Counted from the first letter of the stretch, positions 27,384 to 36,018 are shown. The stretch: 49,037 bases of DNA from Anaerolineales bacterium (GCA_027053005.1 JALUEF010000073.1:1-49037), one strand, 5' to 3'. Numbers and translations: made by a program. Notes: a model not told the origin generated them from the sequence alone.

Positions 27384-28223
27384 ATGGAAAAGATCACGGA
27401 AAATGTCTATTTGCAGCGTTACACCGCTGGCGCGGTGGGGGCTATCAACACCACCCGCGGGCTGGTCTGTGTGGACGCCCCCTTGCTGATGGAAGAAAGC
27501 CGTCTCTGGCGCGGCGAACTCATGCGTTTGCGCAGCGGCAGCGACCGGCTGGTGGTCTTATTAGACATGCACCCCGACCGCGCCCTGGGCATCCGCAACA
27601 TGGATCTGCCGGTGTTGAGCCACGAATATACCATGCGCCACCTCGCAGAGCGCCCGGTGACCTATCGCTCCGAGGGCAGCACAGGCGCCTATGTAGATAC
27701 CACCGAAATGAGCGGTTCATACCGCTGGCCGCAGGTAGACATCGCTTTTTCCGACGAATTGCAACTGACCTGGGATGAACGCGGGCCGATTCGCCTCTTG
27801 CATCGCCCCGGTCCCCGCCCGGAGGCCATCTGGGTGGTTTGGGAAGCGGAAAAGGTGGTCTTCGTCGGCGATGCCGTTTTGCATTCGGAGCCGCCCTTCC
27901 TGGCCGAGGCCGATCTCCCCGCCTGGATAGAATCTCTGAACGATCTGCTGACGGATCGTTACCGGCACTTTGCCATTATCGGCAGCCGCGATGGCGCCTT
28001 AAAGCGGCGAGAAGTCCGCGCGCAAATCGCCTTTTTGGAACGCTTGCAAGGGGTGGTGGAAAAATTACAGGCCGAACCATCCAGCGAGGCCCTGCAAGCG
28101 CAAATCAACAAATGGATGCGCAAATATGCTGCCGCCCCCCAGCACCAGGTGCTCTTTTCCGCCCGGTTGCTGCACGGCATCAAAGGGTACCTGCGCCGCC
28201 ACCCGAGAAGATCTCTGCCATGA
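27384..28223 (+). CDS. metallo-beta-lactamase-fold-like protein with degenerate metal motif
   Basis: The N-terminus 'ENVYLQRYTAGAVGAINTTRGLVCVDAP' looks like an MBL fold. Where HxHxDH is expected it reads 'LLDMHPDRALG'. Confidence 0.5.
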   Translation: MEKITENVYLQRYTAGAVGAINTTRGLVCVDAPLLMEESRLWRGELMRLRSGSDRLVVLLDMHPDRALGIRNMDLPVLSHEYTMRHLAERPVTYRSEGSTGAYVDTTEMSGSYRWPQVDIAFSDELQLTWDERGPIRLLHRPGPRPEAIWVVWEAEKVVFVGDAVLHSEPPFLAEADLPAWIESLNDLLTDRYRHFAIIGSRDGALKRREVRAQIAFLERLQGVVEKLQAEPSSEALQAQINKWMRKYAAAPQHQVLFSARLLHGIKGYLRRHPRRSLP

Positions 28224-29263
28224 CCGATCCCCGAACTTCTTTTGTGCCCCTGGCCTTCTACACCCGCGGGCGCCAGGTAGAATCGGTGCATTTTGGCGCC
28301 TTTGCGGTCGTCACAGCAGAAGGGCGCGTGCTGGCCTCGGCGGGCGAAATCCATCGCCGCCCGATATTCCTGCGTTCCACGGCCAAACCCTTTCAGGCCT
28401 TGCCTTTTGTTGAAGCCGGCGGGCCGGCGCACTTTGGCTTCACCGCCCGCGAAGTGGCCTTGATGTGCGCCTCGCACTCCGGCACGGATGAACACGTCGC
28501 TGTTCTGCAACAGATGCAAGCCCGCATCCCGATAACCGCCGAAGACCTGCAATGCGGTATGCACGAACCCATGCACAAAGCAACCGCCCGCGCGCTGTGG
28601 CTGCGCCAGGAACCCTTGACGCCGCTGCGTCACAATTGTTCGGGCAAACATACGGGCATGTTGGCCTTCGCCCGCTTGCTGGATGCGCCCCGGCAAACAT
28701 ACCTGGAGCCGACCCACCCTGTCCAGCAGCGGATCCTGCAGACGGTGGCAGAAATGTGCGATTGGCCCGTGGAAAAGATCGAAATGGGAACGGATGGCTG
28801 CTCCGCGCCGAACTTTGCCCTGCCGCTTTACAACGCGGCCCTGGGGCTGGCGCGGCTGACCGATCCGCGGAACCTGCCGCCGCAGCGGCAGGAGGCCTGC
28901 CGTTTCATCGTGGACGCGATGACCGCACACCCCGACATGGTGGCCGGACCCGAACGCTTCGACACCGATCTGATGCGGGCAACCGACGGACGTATCCTGG
29001 CAAAAGGCGGCGCAGAGGGATACCAGGGATTGGCCTTGCGGCCGGGCGTCTTGTCTCCCGCCGCTCCCGGGGTGGGCATCGCCATCAAAATCAGCGATGG
29101 CGACCCCAAGAGCCGGGCGCGGGCGCTGGTTGCCATGCGCATCCTGGAACAACTGAACGCACTTTCGGCGCAAGAACTGGAGCGGCTGGCCTCGTATGGC
29201 CCGCAAGTGGAGGTGCGTAACTGGCGCCAGCTGCACGTTGGCGAAGGAGGGCCGTTGTTTTGA
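28220..29263 (+). CDS. asparaginase II family protein
   Basis: ATGA overlap with the upstream stop. 'FLRSTAKPFQALP', 'MCASHSGTDEH', 'HNCSGKHTGML' and 'GGAEGYQG'. Confidence 0.75.
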   Translation: MTDPRTSFVPLAFYTRGRQVESVHFGAFAVVTAEGRVLASAGEIHRRPIFLRSTAKPFQALPFVEAGGPAHFGFTAREVALMCASHSGTDEHVAVLQQMQARIPITAEDLQCGMHEPMHKATARALWLRQEPLTPLRHNCSGKHTGMLAFARLLDAPRQTYLEPTHPVQQRILQTVAEMCDWPVEKIEMGTDGCSAPNFALPLYNAALGLARLTDPRNLPPQRQEACRFIVDAMTAHPDMVAGPERFDTDLMRATDGRILAKGGAEGYQGLALRPGVLSPAAPGVGIAIKISDGDPKSRARALVAMRILEQLNALSAQELERLASYGPQVEVRNWRQLHVGEGGPLF

Positions 29264-29937
29264 GCGAAGATCTGAAAACGAGAGCCCTGGCGGTGCACCG
29301 CCGCCTGATGGATTTTTACGGCGAACCGATCTGGCGCAACCCTCTGCCCCCCCTGGACGAACTCGTTTCGACCATCCTTTCGCAAAACACCAACGACATC
29401 AACCGCGACCGCGCCTTTGCCTCACTGCGAGCGCGGTTCCCCACCTGGGAAGCCGTGCGCGATGCCCCCCCCGACGAAGTGATCGCGGCGGTGCGCGTTG
29501 CCGGGCTGGCCAACCAAAAAGGCCCGCGCATACAGGCGGTGTTGCGCGCCATTACCGCAGAGCGAGGAGAACTGAGCCTGGATTTTCTGGCCGATTGGCC
29601 GGTGGAAAAAGCGCGCGCCTGGTTGACGCGGTTCAAGGGCGTTGGGCCAAAAACCGCAGCCATCGTGCTCCGGTTTTCCCTGGGAAAACCGGCTTTTCCG
29701 GTCGATACGCATATCTACCGCGTCAGCGGGCGGATCGGGCTGCGCCCGCCGAAGATGAGCGTGGAAGCGGCACACCGACACCTGGAAAATCTCTTTCCAC
29801 CGGAAACGTATTACGCCGCCCATCTGAACATCATCCGCTTGGGGCGCGAAATTTGTACTGCGCGCAAGGCGAATTGCGCCCACTGCCCCCTGCACACGCT
29901 TTGTGATTTTGCCTCGGTTGCAAACATAGAGCAATAA
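29260..29937 (+). CDS. endonuclease III-like HhH-GPD DNA glycosylase with 4Fe-4S cluster loop
   Basis: TTG start in a TTGA overlap. 'FKGVGPKTAAIVL', 'VDTHIYRVSGRIGL' and C-x6-C-x2-C-x5-C ('CTARKANCAHCPLHTLC'). Confidence 0.8.
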   Translation: MSEDLKTRALAVHRRLMDFYGEPIWRNPLPPLDELVSTILSQNTNDINRDRAFASLRARFPTWEAVRDAPPDEVIAAVRVAGLANQKGPRIQAVLRAITAERGELSLDFLADWPVEKARAWLTRFKGVGPKTAAIVLRFSLGKPAFPVDTHIYRVSGRIGLRPPKMSVEAAHRHLENLFPPETYYAAHLNIIRLGREICTARKANCAHCPLHTLCDFASVANIEQ

Positions 29938-29963
29938 AAAAAAAGCCGTTGGTAAAACGGCTT
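29936..29963 (-). terminator. intrinsic terminator of tRNA-Ser (the hairpin also abuts the nth-like stop)
   Basis: Stem aagccgtt/aacggctt (29943-29950 / 29956-29963), 5-nt loop. The minus strand continues with nine U residues (plus-strand A-run 29936-29944). Confidence 0.7.
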
Positions 29964-29971
29964 GGTTCGAG

Positions 29972-30056
29972 CGGAGGGAGTGGGATTCGAACCCACGTAG
30001 GGGAGACCCTAACCTGTTTTCAAGACAGGCGCCTTCGTCCACTCGGCCATCCCTCC
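29972..30056 (-). tRNA. tRNA-Ser (anticodon UGA), type II with long variable arm; CCA not encoded
   Basis: The reverse complement folds as acceptor GGAGGGA/TCCCTCC, anticodon stem CCTGT/ACAGG with loop CTTGAAA, a 17-nt variable arm and T-loop TTCGAAT. Confidence 0.95.
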
Positions 30057-30067
30057 TTGCGCGGCAG

Positions 30068-30097
30068 ATTTTACCATAAAGTTTTTTATGCTGTTGA
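30068..30097 (-). promoter_or_regulatory. putative promoter of tRNA-Ser
   Basis: On the minus strand: extended -10 'TGGTAAAAT' (plus 30068-30076) about 12 nt upstream of the tRNA 5' end, and a weak -35 'TCAACA' at 18-nt spacing. Confidence 0.4.
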
Positions 30098-30122
30098 CGT
30101 TTTGCCCGGAGGGTGATAAAAT
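30094..30122 (+). promoter_or_regulatory. putative promoter of tRNA-Lys
   Basis: -35 TTGACG (30094-30099), 17-nt spacer, -10 TAAAAT (30117-30122), 12 nt upstream of the tRNA 5' end. Confidence 0.5.
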
Positions 30123-30134
30123 CCCTTCCGCTAT

Positions 30135-30207
30135 GGGCGCGTAGCTCAATCGGCAGAGCAGTGGCCTTTTAAGCCATTGGTTGAGAGTTCGAGTCTCTCC
30201 GCGCTCA
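30135..30207 (+). tRNA. tRNA-Lys (anticodon UUU); CCA not encoded
   Basis: Acceptor GGGCGCG/CGCGCTC, D-arm GCTC..GAGC, anticodon loop CTTTTAA, T-arm GAGAG-TTCGAGT-CTCTC. Confidence 0.95.
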
Positions 30208-30212
30208 TCTGG

Positions 30213-30242
30213 AATCCCTGCAATCGCGGGGATTTTGCGTTT
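30213..30242 (+). terminator. possible terminator after tRNA-Lys
   Basis: Stem aatccc(30213-30218)/gggatt(30229-34), then 'ttgcgttt'. The stem is short. Confidence 0.4.
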
Positions 30243-30260
30243 AACCCAAAGGTCGTCAAA

Positions 30261-30357
30261 GATTGTGTTGGCTGAGTAAAGCAAAGGCCGTACCGAAGCC
30301 AACGGTGCTGGTCAAACCGCTGGTTTCGGTACGACGCCTTCAACGTCACTCAACCAG
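30261..30357 (+). repeat. palindromic repeat family B, partial copy (3' module)
   Basis: 'gttggctgagtaaagcaaaggccgtaccgaagccaacggtgctggtcaaaccgctggtttcggtacgacgccttcaacgtcactcaaccag' aligns closely with 31868-31959. Confidence 0.75.
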
Positions 30358-30953
30358 CCTCCAGCAGCGCGGGCCGGCCGCCGCTCCCAGGCCGCTTTGA
30401 CCATCTGCGGCGTGGAAGGGGCGGGTCAGGAAGGGGTATCAGACCAACTTACGGTTTTGGTTTCCCAACAAGGCGGCTTGCTTGCGGTTGATGAGCGCGG
30501 TGTTGATGGAGCAGGACGAAGCCTGGCCACTGGGCGCCTTTATCTCCGCTTCGAGAAGGTCACCGAAAGGAAGCCTACCTGGCGGACTGCTCTCCTATGT
30601 TAAAGTGTTCGCCGCCTTTCGAGGACACCACCGTTGCCCCTTTTTACAGAAAGAACTTGACACTATCTGCCAAGGCAGCGCTCCATCTTTGACCATGCCG
30701 CAGAGAAGCAAGTTTACAACCAGAAGAACCTCTATTCCCAATGCGAGAAGCAATTTGTTGGCATTGTGAACGTATCGTTTCCTGCCTGCAAACGCCCAGG
30801 AAACAGAGTGAAAGCCCATAAGTACCATACAAGTAAGCAACAAAATTGAAGTCATCATCAACATATCAAAGTTGTGTAAACCGTGTAAAGAAAAACCAAT
30901 GTGATGTACTCTTCGTTTTTTCTTGACAACGGAGCGCTGATTCCGGTGCGCCG

Positions 30954-31022
30954 CCTGCGCTACGTTTCGGCAGGCTCAGCGACCGCTCAACCAGCGAAGA
31001 TTGCGTTGACAGAGTAGTGAAG
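30954..31022 (+). repeat. palindromic repeat family B, partial copy (5' module)
   Basis: 'cctgcgctacgtttcggcaggctcagcgaccgctcaaccagcgaagattgcgttgacagagtag' aligns with 31821-31880. Confidence 0.7.
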
Positions 31023-31110
31023 AACGCCCGCACTCCTCTCCTGCACCGTCATACAGGGTCGCAGGCCCTTGCAACAACCATTTCAATCCGCAGCGCGGGG
31101 CGGACCATTC

Positions 31111-31503
31111 TCATTCGAGGTCATGCTTCCGTCTGCTGGCCTCGCTTAATTTACGTATCCTTTCTGCAAAACAATCAATGCACCCTTCACACTGCCGCGC
31201 AGAGAACGCCTCGCCAAAAACACTCTTTTCCATTTTCCCGACCCAATGAGCGGTCGGCGCCACGAGCATTGCCGCCACCAGCACAATCGACAAATACACA
31301 ACAAACAGAGGGACGCTTTCAGAAAAAGTCGTCAGGTTTCTTTGCAGTATGCCAGCAAATATGGCCGCGCCTATCAGGAGCATGGACAGCAAAAATTCAG
31401 TAAACGTTTTCACGGGGCGCGCCCGCCCAGACAGTGCACAGATCTGCGCATGCACCCCTGCAATGAGTCCCAGCCCAAACAGCAAGACAACCAGGGTCAT
31501 CAT
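31111..31503 (-). CDS. hypothetical 130-aa membrane protein with C-terminal CxxCxxC tail
   Basis: ATGATG at 31503 follows GAGGAG. Three hydrophobic helices, then 'ARQCEGCIDCFAERIRK'. It lies in the low-GC stretch. No family recognised. Confidence 0.4.
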   Translation of the reverse strand: MMTLVVLLFGLGLIAGVHAQICALSGRARPVKTFTEFLLSMLLIGAAIFAGILQRNLTTFSESVPLFVVYLSIVLVAAMLVAPTAHWVGKMEKSVFGEAFSARQCEGCIDCFAERIRKLSEASRRKHDLE

Positions 31504-31600
31504 GGATAGCGCTCCTCTCTGAACAACATCCCACCGGACACACACGACAAGCGGCAAGAAATCACGAAAATAGCGCAACTGGATTGTAATTTTATTGTAA

Positions 31601-31749
31601 CCCGAGTTGCGGATTAGCAACAAGTATCTGTTTTGTCATTGCGAGCGACCGCAAGGAGCGAAGCCATCCCCTGTATGACGATGTGGGAGATGGCTTCGGG
31701 CGCGCTGCGCCCTCGCCATGACACCCATTCTCCTTATCCGCAATTCAGG
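31601..31749 (+). repeat. MITE-like nested palindromic repeat, family A, copy 2
   Basis: TIRs 'cccgagttgcggatta...ccttatccgcaattcagg'. Inner arms 'gtcattgcgagcgaccgcaaggagcgaagccatc' and 'gatggcttcgggcgcgctgcgccctcgccatgac'. Confidence 0.85.
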
Positions 31750-31820
31750 TATTGTACTGCGACATCAACGCACTGTGTCAAAAACCTGACAGACGGCGAC
31801 GCCCTGATTTCGGTACAATG

Positions 31821-31959
31821 CCTGCGCTTCGACAAGCTCAGTGACCGCTCAACCAGCGGAGGCTTTCGTTGGCCGAGTAGGGCGAAGCCCGTACCGAAGC
31901 CAACGGTGCGGGTCAAACCGCTGGTTTCGATACGACGCCTTCGGCGTCACTCAACCAAC
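31821..31959 (+). repeat. palindromic repeat family B, full-length copy
   Basis: Contains both modules, '...gctcagtgaccgctcaaccagcg...' and 'cgtaccgaagcc...ggtttcgatacg'. A further fragment 'cccagcgaccgctcaacgagc' lies at about 32001-32021. Confidence 0.75.
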
Positions 31960-32160
31960 GTCAGCAGGGGCGCGAAATGAATTTCGCGCTACAGGGTGCG
32001 GCCCAGCGACCGCTCAACGAGCACGTAGCCCATTGGTCAACCTGCGTGAAGATCAAAAATTTTTTTGTTTTTAAGGCAAGGAAGCACAAGAATGCACAGC
32101 GCGGCAAAAATATCGTATACTATCCCTGCTTTTTATCCTGCCAATCCAAGGAGTACGCCC

Positions 32161-33813
32161 ATGTCTGGACCTCGTGTTGTTCACCCGCCCCGCGGGACGC
32201 AACTGCACTGCAAGAACTGGCTGCTCGAAGCCCCCTTCCGCATGATTCAGCACAACCTGGACCCGGAAGTAGCCGGCGACCCCGACAATCTCATCGTCTA
32301 TGGCGGGCGCGGCAAGGCGGCCCGCAACTGGGAAGCCTTCGACGCCATTCTCGACACCCTGCAAAAAATGGACGTCGATGACACCCTGCTCATCCAGTCC
32401 GGCAAGCCCGTGGCCGTCTTCAAAACCCACCCCGATGCCCCGCGCGTGCTGATCGCCAACTCCAACCTCGTTCCCAAGTGGGCCACCTGGGAACACTTCG
32501 ACGAACTGGACGCCAAGGGCCTGATGATGTACGGCCAGATGACCGCCGGTTCGTGGATTTACATCGGTACCCAGGGCATTTTGCAAGGCACCTACGAGAC
32601 CCTGGCCTCCCTTGCCACGCAGCAGGGCTGGCCCTCGCTGAAGGGCAAGTTCGTGCTCACCGCCGGCCTGGGCGAGATGGGCGGCGCGCAACCCCTGGCC
32701 ATCGCCATGAACGAAGGCGTCGGCCTGGTGGTAGAAATCGATCCTCACCGCATCCAGCGCCGCCTGGAGACTGCTTACCTGGACGTGGTGGCTGACGACC
32801 TGGACGACGCGCTGCGGCGCGTGAACGAAGCCCTGTCCAAAGGCGAAGGGCTGTCCATCGGCCTGCTGGGCAACGCCGCCGACGTGCTGCCCGAACTCGT
32901 CCGCCGCGGCATCACCCCCGACGTGGTCACCGACCAGACCAGCGCCCACGACCCGCTCTACTACTACCCGCGTGGCATGTCCTTCGCAGAAGCCGTGGCC
33001 TTGCGCCAGAGCGACCCCGAAGCCTTCAAGGCCAAAGCCATGGAATCCATGGCCCGCCACGTGGAAGCCATGTTGACCTTCCAGCAGCGCGGCGCGATCG
33101 TCTTCGACTACGGCAACAACCTGCGCCAGATGGCCTACGATGCCGGCGTGAAAAACGCCTTCGACTACCCCGGCTTTGTGCCGGCCTACATCCGCCCCCT
33201 CTTCTGCGAAGGCAAAGGCCCCTTCCGCTGGGTGGCGCTCTCCGGTGACCCGCAAGACATCTACCGCACCGATGAAGCCATCATGGAACTCTTCCCCGAA
33301 GACCACCACCTGGTGCGCTGGATCAAAATGGCGCAGAAGCGCGTCCAATTCCAGGGGCTGCCTTCGCGCATCTGCTGGCTGGGTTACGGCGACCGCGCCA
33401 AAGCCGGCCTGAAGTTCAACGAACTGGTGGCCAGCGGCGAAGTCAGCGCGCCGATCGCCATCGGGCGCGACCACCTGGACGCCGGTTCGGTCGCCAGCCC
33501 CAACCGCGAGACCGAAGCCATGAAAGACGGCTCCGATGCCGTCTCCGACTGGCCGATCCTGAACGCGCTCATCAACGCCGTCGGCGGAGCCACCTGGGTC
33601 TCGTTCCACCACGGCGGCGGCGTAGGGATGGGCTACAGCCAGCACGCCGGCATGGTCATCGTGGCCGATGGCACCCCCGAAGCGGCGGCCCGCTTGCAGC
33701 GCGTGCTGACCACCGACCCGGGCATGGGCGTCGTCCGCCATGCCGACGCCGGCTACGATCTGGCCTGCGAAACCGCCAAGACCAAAGGCATCTGGATGCC
33801 GATGCTCAAATAG
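32161..33813 (+). CDS. hutU: urocanate hydratase
   Basis: ATG 32161 follows AAGGAG. 'HNLDPEVA', '[14 protein letters not shown]', '[26 protein letters not shown]' and '[12 protein letters not shown]'. Length is 550 aa. Confidence 0.93.
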   Translation: MSGPRVVHPPRGTQLHCKNWLLEAPFRMIQHNLDPEVAGDPDNLIVYGGRGKAARNWEAFDAILDTLQKMDVDDTLLIQSGKPVAVFKTHPDAPRVLIANSNLVPKWATWEHFDELDAKGLMMYGQMTAGSWIYIGTQGILQGTYETLASLATQQGWPSLKGKFVLTAGLGEMGGAQPLAIAMNEGVGLVVEIDPHRIQRRLETAYLDVVADDLDDALRRVNEALSKGEGLSIGLLGNAADVLPELVRRGITPDVVTDQTSAHDPLYYYPRGMSFAEAVALRQSDPEAFKAKAMESMARHVEAMLTFQQRGAIVFDYGNNLRQMAYDAGVKNAFDYPGFVPAYIRPLFCEGKGPFRWVALSGDPQDIYRTDEAIMELFPEDHHLVRWIKMAQKRVQFQGLPSRICWLGYGDRAKAGLKFNELVASGEVSAPIAIGRDHLDAGSVASPNRETEAMKDGSDAVSDWPILNALINAVGGATWVSFHHGGGVGMGYSQHAGMVIVADGTPEAAARLQRVLTTDPGMGVVRHADAGYDLACETAKTKGIWMPMLK

Positions 33814-33820
33814 TGCTGCC

Positions 33821-33852
33821 ATGCCGTGACACTTGGTCACGGCATTTTTCAT
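33821..33852 (+). terminator. intrinsic terminator after hutU
   Basis: Perfect 10-bp stem atgccgtgac(33821-30)/gtcacggcat(33836-45), 5-nt loop, then 'ttttcatctttt'. Confidence 0.75.
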
Positions 33853-33874
33853 CTTTTCACACGGAGAAGAAGCA

Positions 33875-34747
33875 ATGAGTGAAACCCGCAAGAAGATCAC
33901 CCTGCCCTATCTTTTCAAAAAGGCCGCCGAGGGCGAGCCGATCTCCTGGCTGACCTGCTACGACTACCCCACCGCCTACCTGCAAGAACAGGCCGGCGTG
34001 GAGATGATCCTGGTCGGCGACAGCCTGGGGATGACCATGCTCGGCTACGACAGCACCCTGCCCGTGACGATGAACGACATGATCCGGCACGCTTCCGCCG
34101 TGCGCCGCGGCGCACCGACTGCCTTCGTGGTGGGCGATATGCCCTACATGTCCTACCAGCCGAGCAACGAACTGGCCGTCCAAAACGCCGGGCGTTTCAT
34201 GGCCGAAGCCGGCTGCGACGCCATCAAACTGGAAGGCGGCGCGGCCATGGCCCCGCGCATCAAGGCCATCGTCGAGGCCGGCATCCCGGCCATCGGGCAT
34301 TTGGGCCTCACGCCGCAATCCGCCTCGGCGCTGGGCGGTTTCCGACTGCAAGGCAAATCAGCTGCTCTGGCCAAAAAGATCATCGACGACGCCAAAGCCC
34401 TGGAAGAAGCCGGCGCCTTTGCCATCCTGCTGGAACTCGTCCCCGACCGCCTGTGCCAGATCATCACCGAACGCGCCGAAAACTGCCTGATCTTCTCGCT
34501 CGGCTCCGGACCGCACGCCCACGGGCAGCTGCTGATTTACCACGATATGTTCGGCCTGTACCCCAAATTCAAACCGCGCATGGCCAAAGTCTATGGCAAC
34601 GCCGGCGAAATCATCCAACAGGGGCTGGCCAGTTACGTGGAAGAGGTCAAGGGACGCGTCTTCCCGGCGCCGGAAAATTACTTCGGCATGAAAGACGAAG
34701 AATACGAACAATTGCTTCAACTGCTGGAGGAAGAAGACAATGACTGA
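33875..34747 (+). CDS. panB: 3-methyl-2-oxobutanoate hydroxymethyltransferase
   Basis: ATG 33875 follows GGAGAAG. 'LTCYDYPTA', 'ILVGDSLGMTMLGYDSTLPVTM', 'GHLGLTPQS' and 'HGQLLIYHDMFG'. Confidence 0.9.
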   Translation: MSETRKKITLPYLFKKAAEGEPISWLTCYDYPTAYLQEQAGVEMILVGDSLGMTMLGYDSTLPVTMNDMIRHASAVRRGAPTAFVVGDMPYMSYQPSNELAVQNAGRFMAEAGCDAIKLEGGAAMAPRIKAIVEAGIPAIGHLGLTPQSASALGGFRLQGKSAALAKKIIDDAKALEEAGAFAILLELVPDRLCQIITERAENCLIFSLGSGPHAHGQLLIYHDMFGLYPKFKPRMAKVYGNAGEIIQQGLASYVEEVKGRVFPAPENYFGMKDEEYEQLLQLLEEEDND

Positions 34748-36011
34748 AGACCTGCGCGCCCGCCTGCGCATCACGCCCGAGAGCCTGGCAGCCGTCAATG
34801 AGATTTTCCTGAACCCCGATACGCGGGTGGTCAACGCCCTGCTGGACGTGGTTGCCCGTTATGGCACGCCGGAAGAAATCAACGCCCGCGCCAACGAAGC
34901 CAGCCGCCTGGAAAACCTGCTCGAGAAGGTGCGGCAGACCCGCCCCGAATACCTGGACGACCTGAACTGGCTGATGGAACAACGCGATCAAGGCGCTTTC
35001 ATCGGCGTGGGCGATTACCGCCGCCAGCTGCTGGGCGAGAAAGCCGACCAGATGACCTTCGCCGACGACTACGCCGTTACGCTGGAAGTCTCGGCCCTGC
35101 AATACTTCCCCTGGATCCGCCCGATGTGTGAACGCGCCCTGGCCGAAGGCAGCCTGGTTCCCGGGCGTTTGATCCGCGTGCGCAAGATGAAAGAACAGGA
35201 AGCCGACGGCGACCTGCCCGCCGTGGCCGCCGCCATGCAGATCATCGGCGCTTCCTGGGTGGAGACGCTCGACACCAAAGGCACCGACGGCTCCAACATC
35301 CACCTGGGCGGCCCGGAGACCATCACCGGCTACTTCGGCGGCGTCGGCCAGCCCGATGAGCACGCCCTGCAATGGGTGGACGAATTTCTGTATTACTACA
35401 CCGAATACGGTGTGCGCGAGGTGCTCAACATCAACCCGGGCACGGTGCTGCTGGGCTACATGCTCTACAAACTGGGCGTGGATATCCGCTTCAAGATCTC
35501 GGTCTTCATGGGCAACGACAACCCCTACGCTGCCCTGTGGACGCTGATCGGCGCCAAGCTCTTCTCACGCGAAGACGGCAGCACCCCGCTGATCGGCTTC
35601 AACTGGTCCAACTCGGTGCACAACTCCACCCTGGAGATCACCGACCAGGTGCGGGCCATGCTGGGTTTTACCGACAAAATTCGCTTCGAACACCACATCA
35701 CCGAGACGTGGAAGAGCATCGTCATTCAGCCCTACGACCGGCGCGCCGAACTGATGCAACTGGCCGACCACGTGGCCAACATCAGCGCCAAACACGAAGG
35801 CGGACTGCCAGAAGTGGAAGCCAAACGCGAACACCCCTCCGACATCCTCGACTACTTCCGCGACAAGGAGGAGGTCATCGCCTCGGGCGACTGGGAGGCC
35901 ATGCAGCAAAACTTCCTGGACAAGGTGGCCGCCGCCAACAGCACCGCCCGTATGCTAACCGAAAACGGGCTTTCTTTCATCGCTGCCCGCCACCTGCACC
36001 ACCGCGGGTAA
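34740..36011 (+). CDS. conserved-looking 423-aa soluble protein of unrecognised family, translationally coupled to panB
   Basis: ATG 34740 overlaps the panB stop by 8 nt. The long ORF has normal composition and no TM segments or motifs I can name ('SNIHLGGPETITGYFGG', 'FMGNDNPYAALW', 'RFEHHITETW'). Confidence 0.7.
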   Translation: MTEDLRARLRITPESLAAVNEIFLNPDTRVVNALLDVVARYGTPEEINARANEASRLENLLEKVRQTRPEYLDDLNWLMEQRDQGAFIGVGDYRRQLLGEKADQMTFADDYAVTLEVSALQYFPWIRPMCERALAEGSLVPGRLIRVRKMKEQEADGDLPAVAAAMQIIGASWVETLDTKGTDGSNIHLGGPETITGYFGGVGQPDEHALQWVDEFLYYYTEYGVREVLNINPGTVLLGYMLYKLGVDIRFKISVFMGNDNPYAALWTLIGAKLFSREDGSTPLIGFNWSNSVHNSTLEITDQVRAMLGFTDKIRFEHHITETWKSIVIQPYDRRAELMQLADHVANISAKHEGGLPEVEAKREHPSDILDYFRDKEEVIASGDWEAMQQNFLDKVAAANSTARMLTENGLSFIAARHLHHRG

Positions 36012-36018
36012 TCTCTGG

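Noticed and set aside
30370-30864. Minus-strand reading frame ('...ALLGNQNRKLV*', continuing from ORF 30595-30864 across a TAG), considered as a decayed tyrosine-integrase C-terminus next to tRNA-Lys
   Set aside because: The resemblance to the integrase 'LLGH' box is only a few residues, and no RHRY catalytic pattern can be traced. This is not supportable without a profile search.
30210-32060. Possible CRISPR array, because of the clustered repeats
   Set aside because: The repeats are of unequal length, imperfect and irregularly spaced, with partly different modules. There is no repeat-spacer periodicity and there are no cas genes.
32071-33900. 609-aa ORF on the minus strand covering all of hutU
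   Set aside because: It is antisense to a gene with unmistakable HutU motifs. Its translation is a Gly/Ala/Arg/Val-rich string typical of shadow frames in high-GC DNA, with no motif or RBS.
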